Of a stretch of 64,000 nucleotides of DNA, positions 1-15,000 are shown one piece after another (within the stretch, counting starts at the first letter, position 1; each line of letters starts with the position of its first letter). Source of the DNA: Hydrurus foetidus (taxonomy: Eukaryota); contig UYFQ01000229.1 in NCBI GenBank assembly GCA_900617105.1, positions 1-64,000 of the forward strand, given 5' to 3'. A program made the translations under genes and the position numbers. The notes below the pieces were generated by a model. That model was not told where the DNA came from and searched no databases. It saw only the letters and a program-made list of their open reading frames with translations.

Positions 1-73
1 AGACAAACTGCGAGCCAGTGCGTTCGAAGGAAGGCGCAGGGCAGTCGAGACTCAAAGAACGGACGAGCAAAAG

Positions 74-3000
74 TTGTGGTCGCTCATGTGGTCGAGGATG
101 TCCACAGGATCCAAATCCAAGGTGCGCGAGGAGCCAGAGTTCGAGTCATGTCGCCTCAGACTGGACAGCGTTCAGCTGTGGGAGTTCATCCGCAGGAGTC
201 ATTTAACCCACATATACGGCGAAGATGACTCAATGAGAGCAGTGAATATCCACGAACAGACACTGAGGTACAACTACCTCAGACAGGGTGAACGTGAGGT
301 ATATCGGCGATTTCAAAACGCGATTCGATAACCAGGTATTAGCCAACAAGGGTGTTGGTATGACTGAAGTGGAAGAATCGATAAGAGCTATCGACTTCCT
401 CAGTAAGTTAGACCCCAAAAGGTATACCGGTATGTTAACATTTATGCGTAATAACGCTGTACAAAACATACCAAACAGTTACCCTTCCACCTTAGCCGGA
501 GCATACAGGGTAGCGTCATCTTGGACCAACGCCGGCGGCGGAGTCCCCCTCGGAGCCGAGCAACATTCTGCATTCCTGACCGACAATTTGCCTACAACAA
601 AGGAAAAAGTCCCGGGAAAGGGCTCGAAAGACAAGACAGCTGCAACAAAGAAGAAATCATCGTCAGTGATTTGCTTCGTATGCGGAAACGCTGGGCACTT
701 CGCGAAAGACTGCGAAAAGCGCAAGCTCGGGGAGCACGCTCTGCTTGCAGCGACTGGAGATGAGTTAGAGGACGACGATGAGAGCATCGAAGCAGCCTTC
801 ATCACGACGGATGAGACCGCCCTGTTCACGCGGAGCCACGTGTTGCTTGACAATCAAGCCTCCGTCAACGTATTTTGCAATCCGGGACTCCTGTCTGACA
901 TCCGGAAATCGAGGCATGCGATCCTCCTCAACGGAGTACAGCTCGGCGCAGCTGGTGTGCGAGTCAACCAAGAAGGTTACTTCGACGAGATCGGACCTGT
1001 ATACTACAGCAGCGGAGCCACTGCTAATATACTATCCTTCGCAGCGATGGCGGACAGCGGTGCAGAAATCCGATACGAGCATGAAGCGGAATGCTTCATC
1101 CTGAGACCAGTGGGCAGCAGAACAACGTACACATTTAGCAGACAGGACCTGCCGGGTTCAGCAGGACGATTCTATGTGTACGATGCAAGCGACATCGCGA
1201 GACAGAAGCAGTCTCGCGAAGTCATCGAGAGGGCGCTAGTTGCTACGGTCCAGGACAACATGCGAAAGTTCACGAAACGAGAGATCGCGTCAGCAGCTGA
1301 GGCCAGGGAATTGCTCGCTCGTATGGGATACCCTCCAGTTGAAATGGCGATCGCCATGATTCGAGGGGGGAACAACTTCAGCGTCTCGGAGGCAGATTTC
1401 CGGAACGCCCATACGATCTGGGGCAAATGTCTCGCGAGCATGCGGGGCAAAACTCATAAAAAGTCATCGCCCAAAGCCGACATTTCGCTAACACCTGCGC
1501 CAGCACAACAGCAGCAAGTCCTAAGTGTGGACATCATGTATCTGGAGACCACAGCGATACTTATCGCAGTATCAACCCCTCTGGACATGACCCTCGCAGT
1601 CAGCCTCATTCGACTCGACACTGGAAAGACCTCTCGACAAGCGGCAGTGGTAAAGCCAGCATTATGTGAAATGATATCAATACTCAAATCTAGGAACTTC
1701 CTAGTGCATGTCATCATGTCTGACGGGGAAGGTGCTATCGGAAAAATGAGGCCTGACCTGATGGCACTAGGAATCGAGGTTGATGTGTCTGCAGCTGGCG
1801 GACATGTTGCAAGAATTGAACGGCGAATTCAGATGGTAAAGGAGCGTGCACGCGCTCACATATGCGGCAGACTCCCATTTACACTAACCGACCTGGGTAA
1901 TTCATATCTAGCACTATACTGCGTCTCTCGTATCAACTGTCAACAGTCAGGCTCAAGGCCGGGGGGACTCTCACCGAGAGAACTGTTTTCGGGAAGGCGG
2001 GTTGATGGGACCCTGGACTTCCGCGCTGGATTCGGAGACTATGCCGTTTGTACAGTACCAAACACAGATAACACAATGACATCACGTACTGAAGACTGCA
2101 TTGTCATGCTACCTACACACAGCAGGACTGGCTCATTCAAGATGCTCTCACTCACCACCGGCAGGATTGTTACAAGGGATCAGTTCAAGATACTGCCGAT
2201 GCCACAGTCGGTCATCGCGACACTGAATGCCATGGCAGTCAGAGAAGGGAAGAAAATCGTTCAAACTAAACTACATGTGTTCGATGAACTGCTATTCGCC
2301 AACAGCCTCGATAAGTCTAACATGCCGACCTTCATTACAAACCCCCCCACTCAGGATGTTACAGTCGAAGAAAGCGTGGTGCAACCACACCCGACACTCA
2401 TCGACCTACCTTCAGCTGACATTTCGAGATTCCTCCTTCCGATGTGGGGGGGGGGCAGCAGCAGCAGCCGACACCGACACAGCAGCAATACCAGAAGAAA
2501 TCGGAATTTTGGAACTCGAACCATTCGGGGTGCACGTACAGGATGTACCCACACCACCACCAACACCCCTGTACGAACCAACACCTCCAGACGACATTCC
2601 CGACACCGCACCCACACCAGACAGCGAGCCAACAGCACAACCAGCGCTGTCTACTGTGAGAGAGCAGCGCAGGGTGCCAACCCCAACAGAGAGAATGGTG
2701 ACTCGGTCATCACGAGCGAGTGAAGATGCATTCATGACTATCGACGAAAGCGTCACTGCGAGAGCAGCCAGCACAGCAGCGTCGACCCACAGCATTGACG
2801 AGGTGCTACAGCGCCATAGAGACGAAATGAAGAAGAGCAATACAGCAAACATCAGCGTCAAGGAGGCGTTCCGCACCAGGGGTGAGGAAGCCAAGAGGGT
2901 GATAGTATCAGAGCTGAAACAGATGCTGGATAAAAGGGCATGGGTGCCAGTGATGGGGGGAAAGCAGTCAGCAATGCAGAGGGCAACGACAATCAGATCC

Positions 3001-4466
3001 TCAATGTTCCTGAAGCAGAAGAATAACCCAAACGGGAGCTTCCACAAACTCAAGGCGAGACTGGTCGCAGGCGGCGACCAACAGGACAAGAGCCTCTATG
3101 AAGATTTGTCCTCACCAACAGTGTCGACCAGCGCGGTTTTCACCCTGTTGGCCATCGCAGCACACGAGAAGCGTGCGGTCGCGGTCGTCGACATCAGCGG
3201 AGCCTACCTCAACGCAGACATGGCGTTGGGAACTCCAGTACACATGCGCCTAGACCGTACTATGTCGGACCTCATCATCGGCATCGACCCGACGTACAGT
3301 AAGTACACAGACGCGAGAGGCGGGGTCACAGTGCATTTGAAGAAAGCCCTCTACGGGTGCGTCGAGAGTTCTGGATTGTGGTACGAGAACCTACACTCGA
3401 CTATGGTAGGGCTAGGGTACGTACGGAATATATGCGATAAATGCGTATTCAACCGGACCGGCCTGGACGGGCATCAGTGCACTGCCGCAGTCCACGTCGA
3501 CGACCTGCTCATATCGAGCGCGAGCAAGGTCTCCATCAGCCATCTGGTAGATGGACTGCGCACGAGGTACGGTGCAATTACCCTATCACATGGACCTTCT
3601 ATAAACTATCTTGGTATGGCAATAGACATGCATGTACCAGGTCAGGCGATGATCACCACCACAGGATATAGCGACGAGATCGTCAAAGTGTCAGGAGTGA
3701 AGGGAGTCGCAAGGTCACCAGCCACGGAGGGGCTGTTCGAGACAAGGGAAGGAGCGGCGCTCGTAGGCGAGCCAGTGCGAGTATGGTTCCACAAGATTGT
3801 CGCCATGGTGCTATACCTGGCCAAGCGCACTAAACCCGAATGCCTGGTTGCTGTGGCCTACCTCGCCACTCGAGTCCACAAATGCACACTAGACGACGTG
3901 GAGAAACTTCAAAGACTGGTGCGTACATACACGCGTCGAGGGACAGCGGCGTAGTGTTGAGACCGGGTGCAGCTGGGATATCAGTGAGGCTCTTCGTAGA
4001 CGCATCCTATGGGGTGCACAACGACGGACGGTCACACACAGGGAGCTGCGTTGTCATCGGGGACGTTGGGGCCGTGCACTGCAGATCATCGAAACAGCTC
4101 ATAGTAACAAAATCGAGTACAGAGGCCGAGCTCGTAGGCCTGTCTGACTCGGCAAATCAGAGCATATTCATCCGCACTTTTCTCATTGCACAGGGTTACA
4201 AGATGAAGCCGGTCACCATATACCAAGACAACCAGTCCTGCATGGCACTGGTGGAGCGCGGGAGGTCCGGAGCCGAACGCACACGTCACATCCAGATCAG
4301 ATACTTCTGGGTCAAGGAGCGGGTGGACATCGGTGAAGTGCGAGTGGAGTACCTGCGGAGTGAAGACATGTACGCGAACGTACTGACGAAGCCCCTCCAG
4401 GGATCGCAGTTCACGAGAGAGAGAGATGGACTCACGGGATGGTGCGCAGAGAACTCAAAGAAATAA
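74..4466 (+). CDS. Copia gag-pol polyprotein, split by frameshifts near 300, 2440 and 3930
   Basis: CCHC knuckle CFVCGNAGHFAKDC, protease LLDNQAS, integrase SVDIM/SDGEG/IERRIQMVKER, RT KARLVAGG/LKKALYG/VHVDD, RNase H DASY/TEAE/QDN. Spread over ORFs 74-331, 288-2723, 2227-3954 and 3840-4466. Confidence 0.92.
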
Positions 4467-4611
4467 GGGTGCCAGCGACAGAGACGACGAGGCGCCTGAC
4501 ACCACTTAGTTAGATATTAATGCATGCAAATCAATTCACCCTTTTATTTTTATTGCTGACATGAAAACATATTGCTGCCTGGATGCTCAACTACTGCGTG
4601 CATGTTGGGTG

Positions 4612-4928
4612 TGTTGGAGTATCCGGGGAAAAGACACTGCTGTAGTTGTATAGTATATGTATGGATCCCGACGGACAGCGGCGTGCATCATAGCGCGCGT
4701 ACCGCTGACCGTTGGCTGTGTGGGCTCGTGGAGCCATCCATTCACCTGTCTTCAACATGGGTGAAAACGTGCAATTGTCTTGATATGTAAAGCTTCGTTG
4801 CCGTCTTGATTGATGCCGGTGCACAAATTTAATTATCAAGTAATTACGCAAACACACGTCTATTTTACGAGCCTTGGGTCACCGGTCGTCGCGAGTGCAA
4901 AGCATCCGGATTCAGAGAATTCCCAACA
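4612..4928 (+). repeat. 3' LTR of copia copy A (317 bp)
   Basis: Starts TGTTGGAGTATCCGGGG and ends TCCCAACA. Collinear with the reverse complement of the copy B LTRs. Confidence 0.9.
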
Positions 4929-5751
4929 CTTTATGTAACAAATTCGGTTTTTCACTGGCTTTTTTGTGTCACGGACCGTTTGCACGATCAGTTCCGCCAT
5001 TCCTGCATAAAATTTTCCCACCGATCCGTGATTTTGGCGGTCGAGCTTTCTCTACGAATGTCGCTCCGAAGCCACTGGAAACTACGGGAATCTGTCAGCC
5101 TGCGTTTGGAATTCGGAAGTTATATCATCCTTTTTCAAAATTTGAAACTTTTTTTTTAATGTTTGAATTAAAATGCTGACTAGACATGGTAGCACTCCAT
5201 GCCAACCAAAACCAAGATATAACTTCTGTTCCTCTGTAAATTCTGATGGAGATTGATATGGCGGTCATCTTCTGAGACGCTGTAGCTTGCAAGAAAACTC
5301 GACCGGCGAAATCACTATGCCGAAGGTGAGACAGAGCAGACGGCCAAAGAAGAAACAGAGGACGGTTGTATCTCCTGAAGTTGTTGAAATCCACCGTTTC
5401 GACGATGTCAACGATAATGTATCGTATTTAGCGGATCGAATGGAGTTGGTTGAAGAGGAGGAAGAGGAAGAAAATTTCGAGGACGACAGCGTTGCGCAAA
5501 AATAGGTTAGGAGAGCTGTGAAGCGGGCGTTGAATGGCGCACCTCCTAAATCAATTCTATCAGAAATAACGCTGGATGTCGGGGGCTCAGCAATACCGCG
5601 CTTGTGGATTTCTTGTATAAATGGCAGATAGCGATTGTTGGAAGCTTTGACTGATCATTACAGGTGAGGGAACGTACTACTGTGTATGTGTTGTACGTTA
5701 GCCGTGGGAAATTATTGGCGGACCTGATCGTGCAAACGGTCCACGGAGAAC

Positions 5752-7326
5752 GTGTTCTCCTGCTCTTTGGGGCTCTTTTCAGGTTTTTTCGCTTGCGAAC
5801 TCAACATTCATTTTTCATTTTGTGGTGATTTCAGTTCAGCGGCTTCGCTACAGTACACACTAGACAAGACAACATGTGTCTCCAACATTCATGAGAAGAA
5901 CTGTCCAGTCATCTTCTTCGATGAGAAGAACTGTCCAGTCATCTTCTTCGTGATGAATTCCATTCCTGTCTATGATCTCGTCGGTGGAAATGTCGTACGT
6001 CAGGCTAGGGATCACAGTTGTTTGTATCATTCGTTGTGGTTTATCTTGAATCGGATGTACACTCCACTCTCCTTGCGGACTGAGATCAATAGTTTCTTAA
6101 TAAACAATCGTTCTACGATTCTTGTCCTCGGCCCCGGTTCTGCTTACTCTGTTGATGAGTGTATAGCCCTCGAGCACTATACTGTCGAACGATACATTTC
6201 GGTTATGTCTATGTTGACTTCATGGGGTGGTGCTATTGAGCTCGCGTGTCTCGTCCATATGTTTCCTGTGGACATCTATATTTTTAAACCTATTGATGGT
6301 AGTTGTCGAATGAAATGGGTGACAACATTCGCTACTACTTTGGGTGGGCGTAATTGTGACCATGACTTTCGTCTTCTATACACTGGCAACAGTCATTACG
6401 ATTGTGTTATTGATGCGGTTTTTGAGCCATCATATCTGTCGAGTCTCTTGGATCCCGAATACGTAATCAATCTTAATGGTGGTGATGCATTTGCTAATTC
6501 AGCTTTTGGTGCAAAGAGAAGGAAAGTCCGCTATCAGTCTATCATTGAAACTCGCCGTAGTTGCCAGCAGTCGTCACGGTATGAACCACTTTCAGCTAAG
6601 CCTAAGGGTTGTTTTCGTCGCCGAGCTATATATGCGACCAGACGTCTTCTTGAGTCTTCGCGGCCTTTTAAATATTACTTCGGGTCTCCCCGTTTACGTG
6701 GCTTTTCTCCTTCTTCCACGACAAATCTTAGTTTGTCTGATAGCGCAGCTGATGGTAATGCTTATCTCAATTCGTTTGATTTATTAACGAAGTACATTGT
6801 ATGTGCAATATGTGGTTATGAGGGTAGTCGGGTTGGTTGTGTATCTGTCACGGAAGTCGGTGATCTGCTGGAAATGTCTGGAATTGCTTTTAAGTTCAAT
6901 GATATCGTCTGTACTGATCGTATCAAAACTCGGTTTGATGCTATCTTCAATGTGGAGCTTAATACGTGTTTTAAGGATGGTCTTATTCTTGATATTGATA
7001 GTATATGTCGCGGCTGCTACGGACAATTGCTTAGGACGTCGGCTACTACTACTCATAAAATGCAAGGTTCTACTGTCAATGGTAATTGTGTAACGTTGGC
7101 TAGAACTTACGTGATCGAACACCATTCACTCGTGGTATCGATTATGTATGTCATAGTCGAGCGCGAGAATTATCCAGCTTATTTCTTGTACATGCCCTTC
7201 GTCCTGAACATTTTACATGTTTTGGTGCTGATAGAAACAAAGTACATGCTGAGTATAAACGATTGCGTGTTATTTTTGGTGATCAATAATAGTCGTTCAT
7301 ATTTAAGTTATTATATCATAATATGA
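5752..7326 (+). CDS. OTU-family cysteine protease domain plus downstream CxxC pairs, likely TE-encoded (Helitron/Helentron-like); the true start may be ATG 5953
   Basis: DHSCLYHSL (catalytic Cys loop), WGGAIEL and LLYTGNSHYD (His box), then CAICG...CRGC. The 3' end runs into AT-rich, probably intronic sequence. Confidence 0.7.
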   Translation: MFSCSLGLFSGFFACELNIHFSFCGDFSSAASLQYTLDKTTCVSNIHEKNCPVIFFDEKNCPVIFFVMNSIPVYDLVGGNVVRQARDHSCLYHSLWFILNRMYTPLSLRTEINSFLINNRSTILVLGPGSAYSVDECIALEHYTVERYISVMSMLTSWGGAIELACLVHMFPVDIYIFKPIDGSCRMKWVTTFATTLGGRNCDHDFRLLYTGNSHYDCVIDAVFEPSYLSSLLDPEYVINLNGGDAFANSAFGAKRRKVRYQSIIETRRSCQQSSRYEPLSAKPKGCFRRRAIYATRRLLESSRPFKYYFGSPRLRGFSPSSTTNLSLSDSAADGNAYLNSFDLLTKYIVCAICGYEGSRVGCVSVTEVGDLLEMSGIAFKFNDIVCTDRIKTRFDAIFNVELNTCFKDGLILDIDSICRGCYGQLLRTSATTTHKMQGSTVNGNCVTLARTYVIEHHSLVVSIMYVIVERENYPAYFLYMPFVLNILHVLVLIETKYMLSINDCVLFLVINNSRSYLSYYIII

Positions 7327-9096
7327 TATGAATTTATTGTTATATATTTCTTGTCATGGTGTTATTCAGCAATTATAATTGTCTAAATCACCTTCCTTCT
7401 TTTAATCGTCATAAAATAATGTTCCTCAAATCTCTGGTTACTATATAAGGTTCTAATGTTCCTCAAATTTCAAGTTTCTATATAAGGTTCTAATTACTTT
7501 TATATTTCTTCCAACGATCTTGAATTGTTTTTCTAGGATGCCCTCTTTTAATCGTCACCTAATAATGTCCCTCAAATTTCATTTTTCTATATTTAGTTCT
7601 AATTTTTATTTTTATCTTATCGAACGATCTTGAAGTGTTTTTGTAGGACCTAGGGAGTAAGCTTTTAATTTTGTCATATAAAAGAACTTCTTATGTATAG
7701 TCGAAGTTAATTATATTACTTATATTTCTCACGTATTCGTCAAAAAAATTCGGAAAGCACTATTAATTGATTACACGTTTAGATTCTTATATATCAACAA
7801 CAATGGGAATAATGCATACAAACGTGCTGTACTGTATCGCGAGTCTTGTGACATCACACGTGCTGGCCGTCGGTTGCTTTGTGAGTGACCTGTTCGCGTA
7901 ACGTATCGTTAAGTGTTCAATAATATTAGATTGGCGATGCTGAATGGATTATTCATGTATCTACCTCGCTTTATGTGACAGCGCGGGTCGTAACGTTGGA
8001 TAACACAGCAGCTGAGTGTTGTCCGTAACCTTGTTCGCGTGCCTAGTCGTGTAGCAGATTGTCAAGTGATTGTTACGAAAATATATCGTGCATGTGCACG
8101 ATGCTGGCAAACTAACCTGCCGTTGCTTAATGTCATAAGACGTAGAATTCGCCGCCGTCCGTGTATCTGTGTCATAATTGTCAAATGTTGCGTTAGAATA
8201 AATTAGTCATGATTGTTCAACCATTATATTGGTCTAGAGTGTACCAAGTTTGGTTCCCTACAAGCGGCGGAGAGGAGGCTCTTCGTTTTGGCTGTGTCCT
8301 AATCGTTTAGAGGATTCGTTAGTTCTGGTCATTGATCTAGATAACGCTTTGTGTTATATTGAAGTCGTTATATACCTTGTACCCTGTGAGCTAGCTCTTG
8401 ATAAATGTTGACACTCGTATTCTGCATTGGAACAAGGCATCAGGATCTGTCAGTGTTGGATTCAAGTCGGTTGCAGAGAAAGATATTTGGGGAAACCTAG
8501 CGCAGACTTACATCTTTTAACCAAATATGCATAGATTTCTCTCTGGCGACGTTGTCGTATTTGAATTGTCACCGTTTCCTGTATTAGTAGAAGCAGTTGA
8601 TTAGTGGGATCAATCGTTGCACAAATCCAGTTTAGTCAGGATTGCATATCGATCAATCCATTCCAAACCTATACTTTTGATTGTGAGCATGCGACGGTCG
8701 CTGGACATCTTGATAGACTTCCTGACTCCTTATAGATTTCATTCACATGTAATGATTCTCCAGCGTGGAAGGTCAGAGCACGTATCTCTGTTGTTCTCCC
8801 ACAAGGCAATCATTGTCCGTGAACTACGTCCAGTCGGTTATCACGGATCTTTCATGGCACAATTGCAAATGTTTCTTCTCCTAGTGCAATAGGATCGTTG
8901 CATGACGGGATGGATATTGTTGCAGCCGATAGGAAGTTCACTGTTGGTATGTACGTGGATAGTGGTAAGTGGTGAGTAAGACATCCGTGTAATGTTGGAT
9001 GCGTCCCGGGACGCATTCAGTTTTTATTACCGTACGGTTATGTACAGTATTACTATTGTAATGTATTCACTCCTATCGTACAAGTGGAATAATGAC

Positions 9097-12000
9097 TACA
9101 GAATACAATAATTATATCAATTTCTGTATTCATACAGAATACAATTCGTACACACACTACCGTATAGATAGGATGCGTCTCGGGACGCGTCCTATCTATA
9201 CGGATAACGAATATAATGTATTCACGCGGTGTTTTGAAGTACAGAATACAATAATTATATCAATTTCTGTATTCATACAGAATACAATTCGTACACACAC
9301 TACCGTATAGATAGGATGCGTCTCGGGACGCGTCCTATCTATACGGATAACGAATATAATGTATTCACGCGGTGTTTTGAAGTACAGAATACAATAATTA
9401 TATCAATTTCTGTATTCATACAGAATACAATTCGTACACAGACTACCGTATAGATAGGATGCGTCTCGGGACGCGTCCTATCTATACGGATAACGAATAT
9501 AATGTATTCACGCGGTGTTTTGAAGTACAGAATACAATAATTATATCAATTTCTGTATTCATACAGAATACAATTCGTACACACACTACCGTATAGATAG
9601 GATGCGTCTCGGGACGCGTCCTATCTATACGGATAACGAATGTAATGTATTCACGCGGTGTTTTGAAGTACAGAATACAATAATTATATCAATTTCTGTA
9701 TTCATACAGAATACAATTCGTACACAGACTACCGTATAGATAGGATGCGTCTCGGGACGCGTCCTATCTATACGGATAACGAATATAATGTATTCACGCG
9801 GTCCTATCTATACGGATAACGTATATAATGTATTCACGCGGTGTTTTGAAGTACAGAATACAATAATTATATCAATTTCTGTATTCATACAGAATACAAT
9901 TCGTACACAGACTACCGTATAGATAGGATGCGTCTCGGGACGCGTCCTATCTATACGGATAACGAATATAATGTATTCACGCGGTCCTATCTATACGGAT
10001 AACGAATATAATGTATTCACGCGGTGTTTTGAAGTACAGAATACAATAATTATATCAATTTCTGTATTCACACAGAATACAATTCGTACTCAGACAACCG
10101 TATAGATTGGATGCGTCTCGGGACGCGTCCTATCTATACGGATAACGAATATAATGTATTCACGCGGTCCTATCTATACGGATAACGTATATAATGTATT
10201 CACGCGGTGTTTTGAAGTACAGAATACAATAATTATATCAATTTCTGTATTCATACAGAATACAATTCGTACACAGACAACCGTATAGATAGGATGCGTC
10301 TCGGGACGCGTCCTATTTATACGGATAACGAATATAATGTATTCACGCGGTCCTATCTATACGGATAACGAATATAATGTATTCACGCGGTGTTTTGAAG
10401 TACAGAATACAATAATTATATCAATTTCTGTATTCACACAGAATACAATTCGTACTCAGACAACCGTATAGATTGGATGCGTCTCGGGACGCGTCCTATC
10501 TATACGGATAACGAATATAATGTATTCACGCGGTCCTATCTATACGGATAACGTATATAATGTATTCACGCGGTGTTTTGAAGTACAGAATACAATAATT
10601 ATATCAATTTCTGTATTCATACAGAATACAATTCGTACTCAGACAACCGTATAGATTGGATGCGTCTCGGGACGCGTCCTATCTATACGGATAACGAATA
10701 TAATGTATTCACGCGGTCCTATCTATACGGATAACGTATATAATGTATTCACGCGGTGTTTTGAAGTATAGAATACAATAATTATATCAATTTCTGTATT
10801 CATACAGTATACAATTCGTACACACACTACCGTATAGATAGGATGCGTCTCGGGACGCGTCCTATTTATACGGATAACGAATATAATGTATTCACGCGGT
10901 CCTATCTATACGGATAACGAATATAATGTATTCACGCGGTGTTTTGAAGTACAGAATACAATAATTATATCAATTTCTGTATTCATACAGAATACAATTC
11001 GTACACACACTACCGTATAGATTGGATGCGTCTCGGGACGCGTCCTATCTATACGGATAACGAATATAATGTATTCACGCGGTCCTATCTATACGGATAA
11101 CGTATATAATGTATTCACGCGGTGTTTTGAAGTACAGAATACAATAATTATATCAATTTCTGTATTCACACAGAATACAATTCGTACTCAGACAACCGTA
11201 TAGATTGGATGCGTCCCGAGACGCGTCCAATCTATACGGATAACGAATATAATGTATTCACGCGGTCCTATCTATACGGATAACGAATATAATGTATTCA
11301 CGCGGTGTTTTGAAGTACAGAATACAATAATTATATCAATTTCTGTATTCATACAGAATACAATTCGTACTCAGACAACCGTATAGATTGGATGCGTCTC
11401 GGGACGCGTCCTATCTATACGGATAACGAATATAATGTATTCACGCGGTCCTATCTATACGGATAACGAATGTAATGTATTCACGCGGTGTTTTGAAGTA
11501 CAGAATACAATAATTATATCAATTTCTGTATTCATACAGAATACAATTCGTACACAGACTAACCGTATAGATGGATGCGTCTGGGACGCGTCCTATCTAT
11601 ACGGATAACGAATATAATGTATTCACGCGGTCCTATCTATACGGATAACGTATATAATGTATTCACGCGGTGTTTTGAAGCACAGAATACAATAATTATA
11701 TCAATTTCTGTATTCATACAGAATACAATTCGTACACACACTACCGTATAGATAGGATGCGTCTCGGGACGCGTCCTATTTATACATAACGAATTTAATG
11801 TATTCACGCGGTCCTATCTATACGGATAACGAATATAATGTATTCACGCGGTGTTTTGAAGTACAGAATACAATAATTATATCAATTTCTGTATTCATAC
11901 AGAATACAATTCGTACACAGACTACCGTATAGATAGGATGCGTCTCGGGACGCGTCCTATCTATACGGATAACGAATATAATGTATTCACGCGGTCCTAT

Positions 12001-15000
12001 CTATACGGATAACGAATATAATGTATTCACGCGTCCTATCTATACGGATAACGTATATAATGTATTCACGCGGTGTTTTGAAGTACAGAATACAATAATT
12101 ATATCAATTTCTGTATTCATACAGAATACAATTCGTACACACACTACCGTATAGATAGGATGCGTCTCGGGACGCGTCCTATCTATACGGATAACGAATA
12201 TAATGTATTCACGCGGTCCTATCTATACGATAACGAATATAATGTATTCACGCGGTGTTTTGAAGTACAGAATACAATAATTATATCAATTTCTGTATTC
12301 ATACAGAATACAATTCGTACACAGACTACCGTATAGATTGGATGCGTCTCGGGACGCGTCCTATCTATACGGATACCGAATATAATGTATTCACGCGGTG
12401 TTATCTATACGGATAACGTATATAATGTATTCACGCGGTGTTTTAAGTACAGAATACAATAATTATATCAATTTCTGTATTCATACAGAATACAATTCGT
12501 ACACACACTACCGTATAGATTGGATGCGTCTCGGGACGCGTCCTATTTATACGGATAACGAATATAATGTATTCACGCGGTGTTATGAATACAGAATAAA
12601 ATAATGTATTCACGCGGTGTTTTGAATACAGAATACAATAATTATATCAATTTCTGTATTCATACAGAATACAATTCGTACACAGACTACCGTATAGATT
12701 GGATGCGTCTCGGGACGCGTCCTATCTATACGGATAACGTATAATAATTCACGCGGTCCTATCTATACGGATAACGTATATAATGTATTCACGCGGTGTT
12801 TTGAAGCACAGAATACAATAATTATATCAATTTCTGTATTCATACAGAATACAATTCGTACACACACTACCGTATAGATAGGATGCGTCTCGGGACGCGT
12901 CCTATCTATACGGATAACGAATATAATGTATTCACGCGGTGTTATCTATACGGATAACGTATATAATGTATTCACGCGGTGTTTTGAAGTACAGAATACA
13001 ATAATTATATCAATTTCTGTATTCATACAGAATACAATTCGTACACACACTACCGTATAGATAGGATGCGTCTCGGGACGCGTCCTATCTATACGGATAA
13101 CAATATAATGTATTCACGCGGTCCTATCTATACAGATAACGATATATAATGTATTCACGCGGTGTTTTGAAGTACAGAATACAATAATTATATCAATTTC
13201 TGTATACATACAGAATACAATTCATACACACACTACCGTATAGATAGGATGCGTCTCGGGACGCATCCTATCTATACGGATAACGAATATAATGTATTCA
13301 CGCGGTCCTATCTATACGGATAACGTATATAATGTATTCACGCGGTGTTTTGAAGTACAGAATACAATAATTATATCAATTTCTGTATTCATACAGAATA
13401 CAATTCGTACACACACTACCGTATAGATAGGATGCGTCTCGGGACGCGTCCTATCTATACGGATAACGAATATAATGTATTCACGCGGTCCTATCTATAC
13501 GGATAACGAATATAATGTATTCACGCGGTGTTTTGAAGTACAGAATACAATAATTATATCAATTTCTGTATTCATACAGAATACAATTCGTACTCACACT
13601 ACCGTATAGATAGGATGCGTCTCGGGACGCGTCCTATCTATACGGATAACGAATATAATGTATTCACGCGGTCCTATCTATACGGATAACGAATGTAATG
13701 TATTCACGCGGTGTTTTGAAGTACAGAATACAATAATTATATCAATTTCTGTATTCATACAGAATACAATTCGTACACAGACTACCGTATAGATAGGATG
13801 CGTCCCGGGACGCGTCCTATCTATACGGATAACGAATATAATGTATTCACGCGGTGTTTTGAATACAGAATAACGTATATAATGTATTCATACGGTGTTT
13901 TGAAGTACAGAATACAATAATTATATCGTTTCTGTATTCATACAGATACAATTCGTACACACACTACCGTATAGATAATTATATCGGGGACGCGTCCAAT
14001 CTATACGGATAACGAATATAATGTATTCACGCGTCCTATCTATACGGATAACGAATATAATGTATTCACGCGGTGTTTTGAAGTACAGAATACAATAATT
14101 ATATCAATTTCTGTATTCATACAGAATACAATTCGTACACACACTACCGTATAGATAGGATGCGTCCCGGGACGCGTCCTATCTATACGGATAACGAATA
14201 TAATGTATTCACGCGGTGTTTTGAAGTACAGAATACAATAATTATATCAATTTCTGTATTCATACAGAATACAATTCGTACACACACTACCGTATAATAC
14301 ATGCGTAATTATATCAATTTCTGTATTCACGCAGAATACAATTCAATAATTATACAACCGTATAGATACAGATGCGTTCGTACGCACCTATCTATACGGA
14401 TAGGATGCGTCCGGGACGCGTCCTATCTATACGGATAACGAATATAATGTATTCACGCGGTGTTTTGAAGTACAGAATACAATAATTATATCAATTTCTG
14501 TATTCATACAGAATACAATTCGTACACACACTACCGTATAGATAGGATGCGTCTCGGGACGCGTCCTATCTATACGGATAACGAATATAATGTATTCACG
14601 CGGTGTTTTACAGAAGTATTCAGAAATACAAATACAATAATATATCAATTTCTGTATTCATACAGAATACAATTCGTACACACACTACCGTATAGATAGG
14701 ATGCGTCTCGGGACGGGATAACGCACGCGGTCCTATCTATACGGATAACGAATATAATGTATTCACGCGGTGTTTTGAAGTACAGAATACAATAATTATA
14801 TCAATTTCTGTATTCATACAGAATACAATTCGTACACAGACTACCGTATAGATAGGATGCGTCCCGGGACGCGTCCTATCTATACGGATAACGAATATAA
14901 TGTATTCACGCGGTGTTATATGTATTCACGCGGTGTTTTGAAGTACAGAATACAATAATTATATCAATTTCTGTATTCATACAGAATACAATTCGTACAC

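Larger units (their letters stand above)
1..4928 (+). mobile_element. Ty1/copia LTR retrotransposon, copy A (5' part outside the window), CoDi-like
   Basis: Domain order gag-PR-IN-RT-RH, followed by a 3' LTR TGTTGG...CCAACA. Clearly homologous to the element at 18471-39970. Confidence 0.95.
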
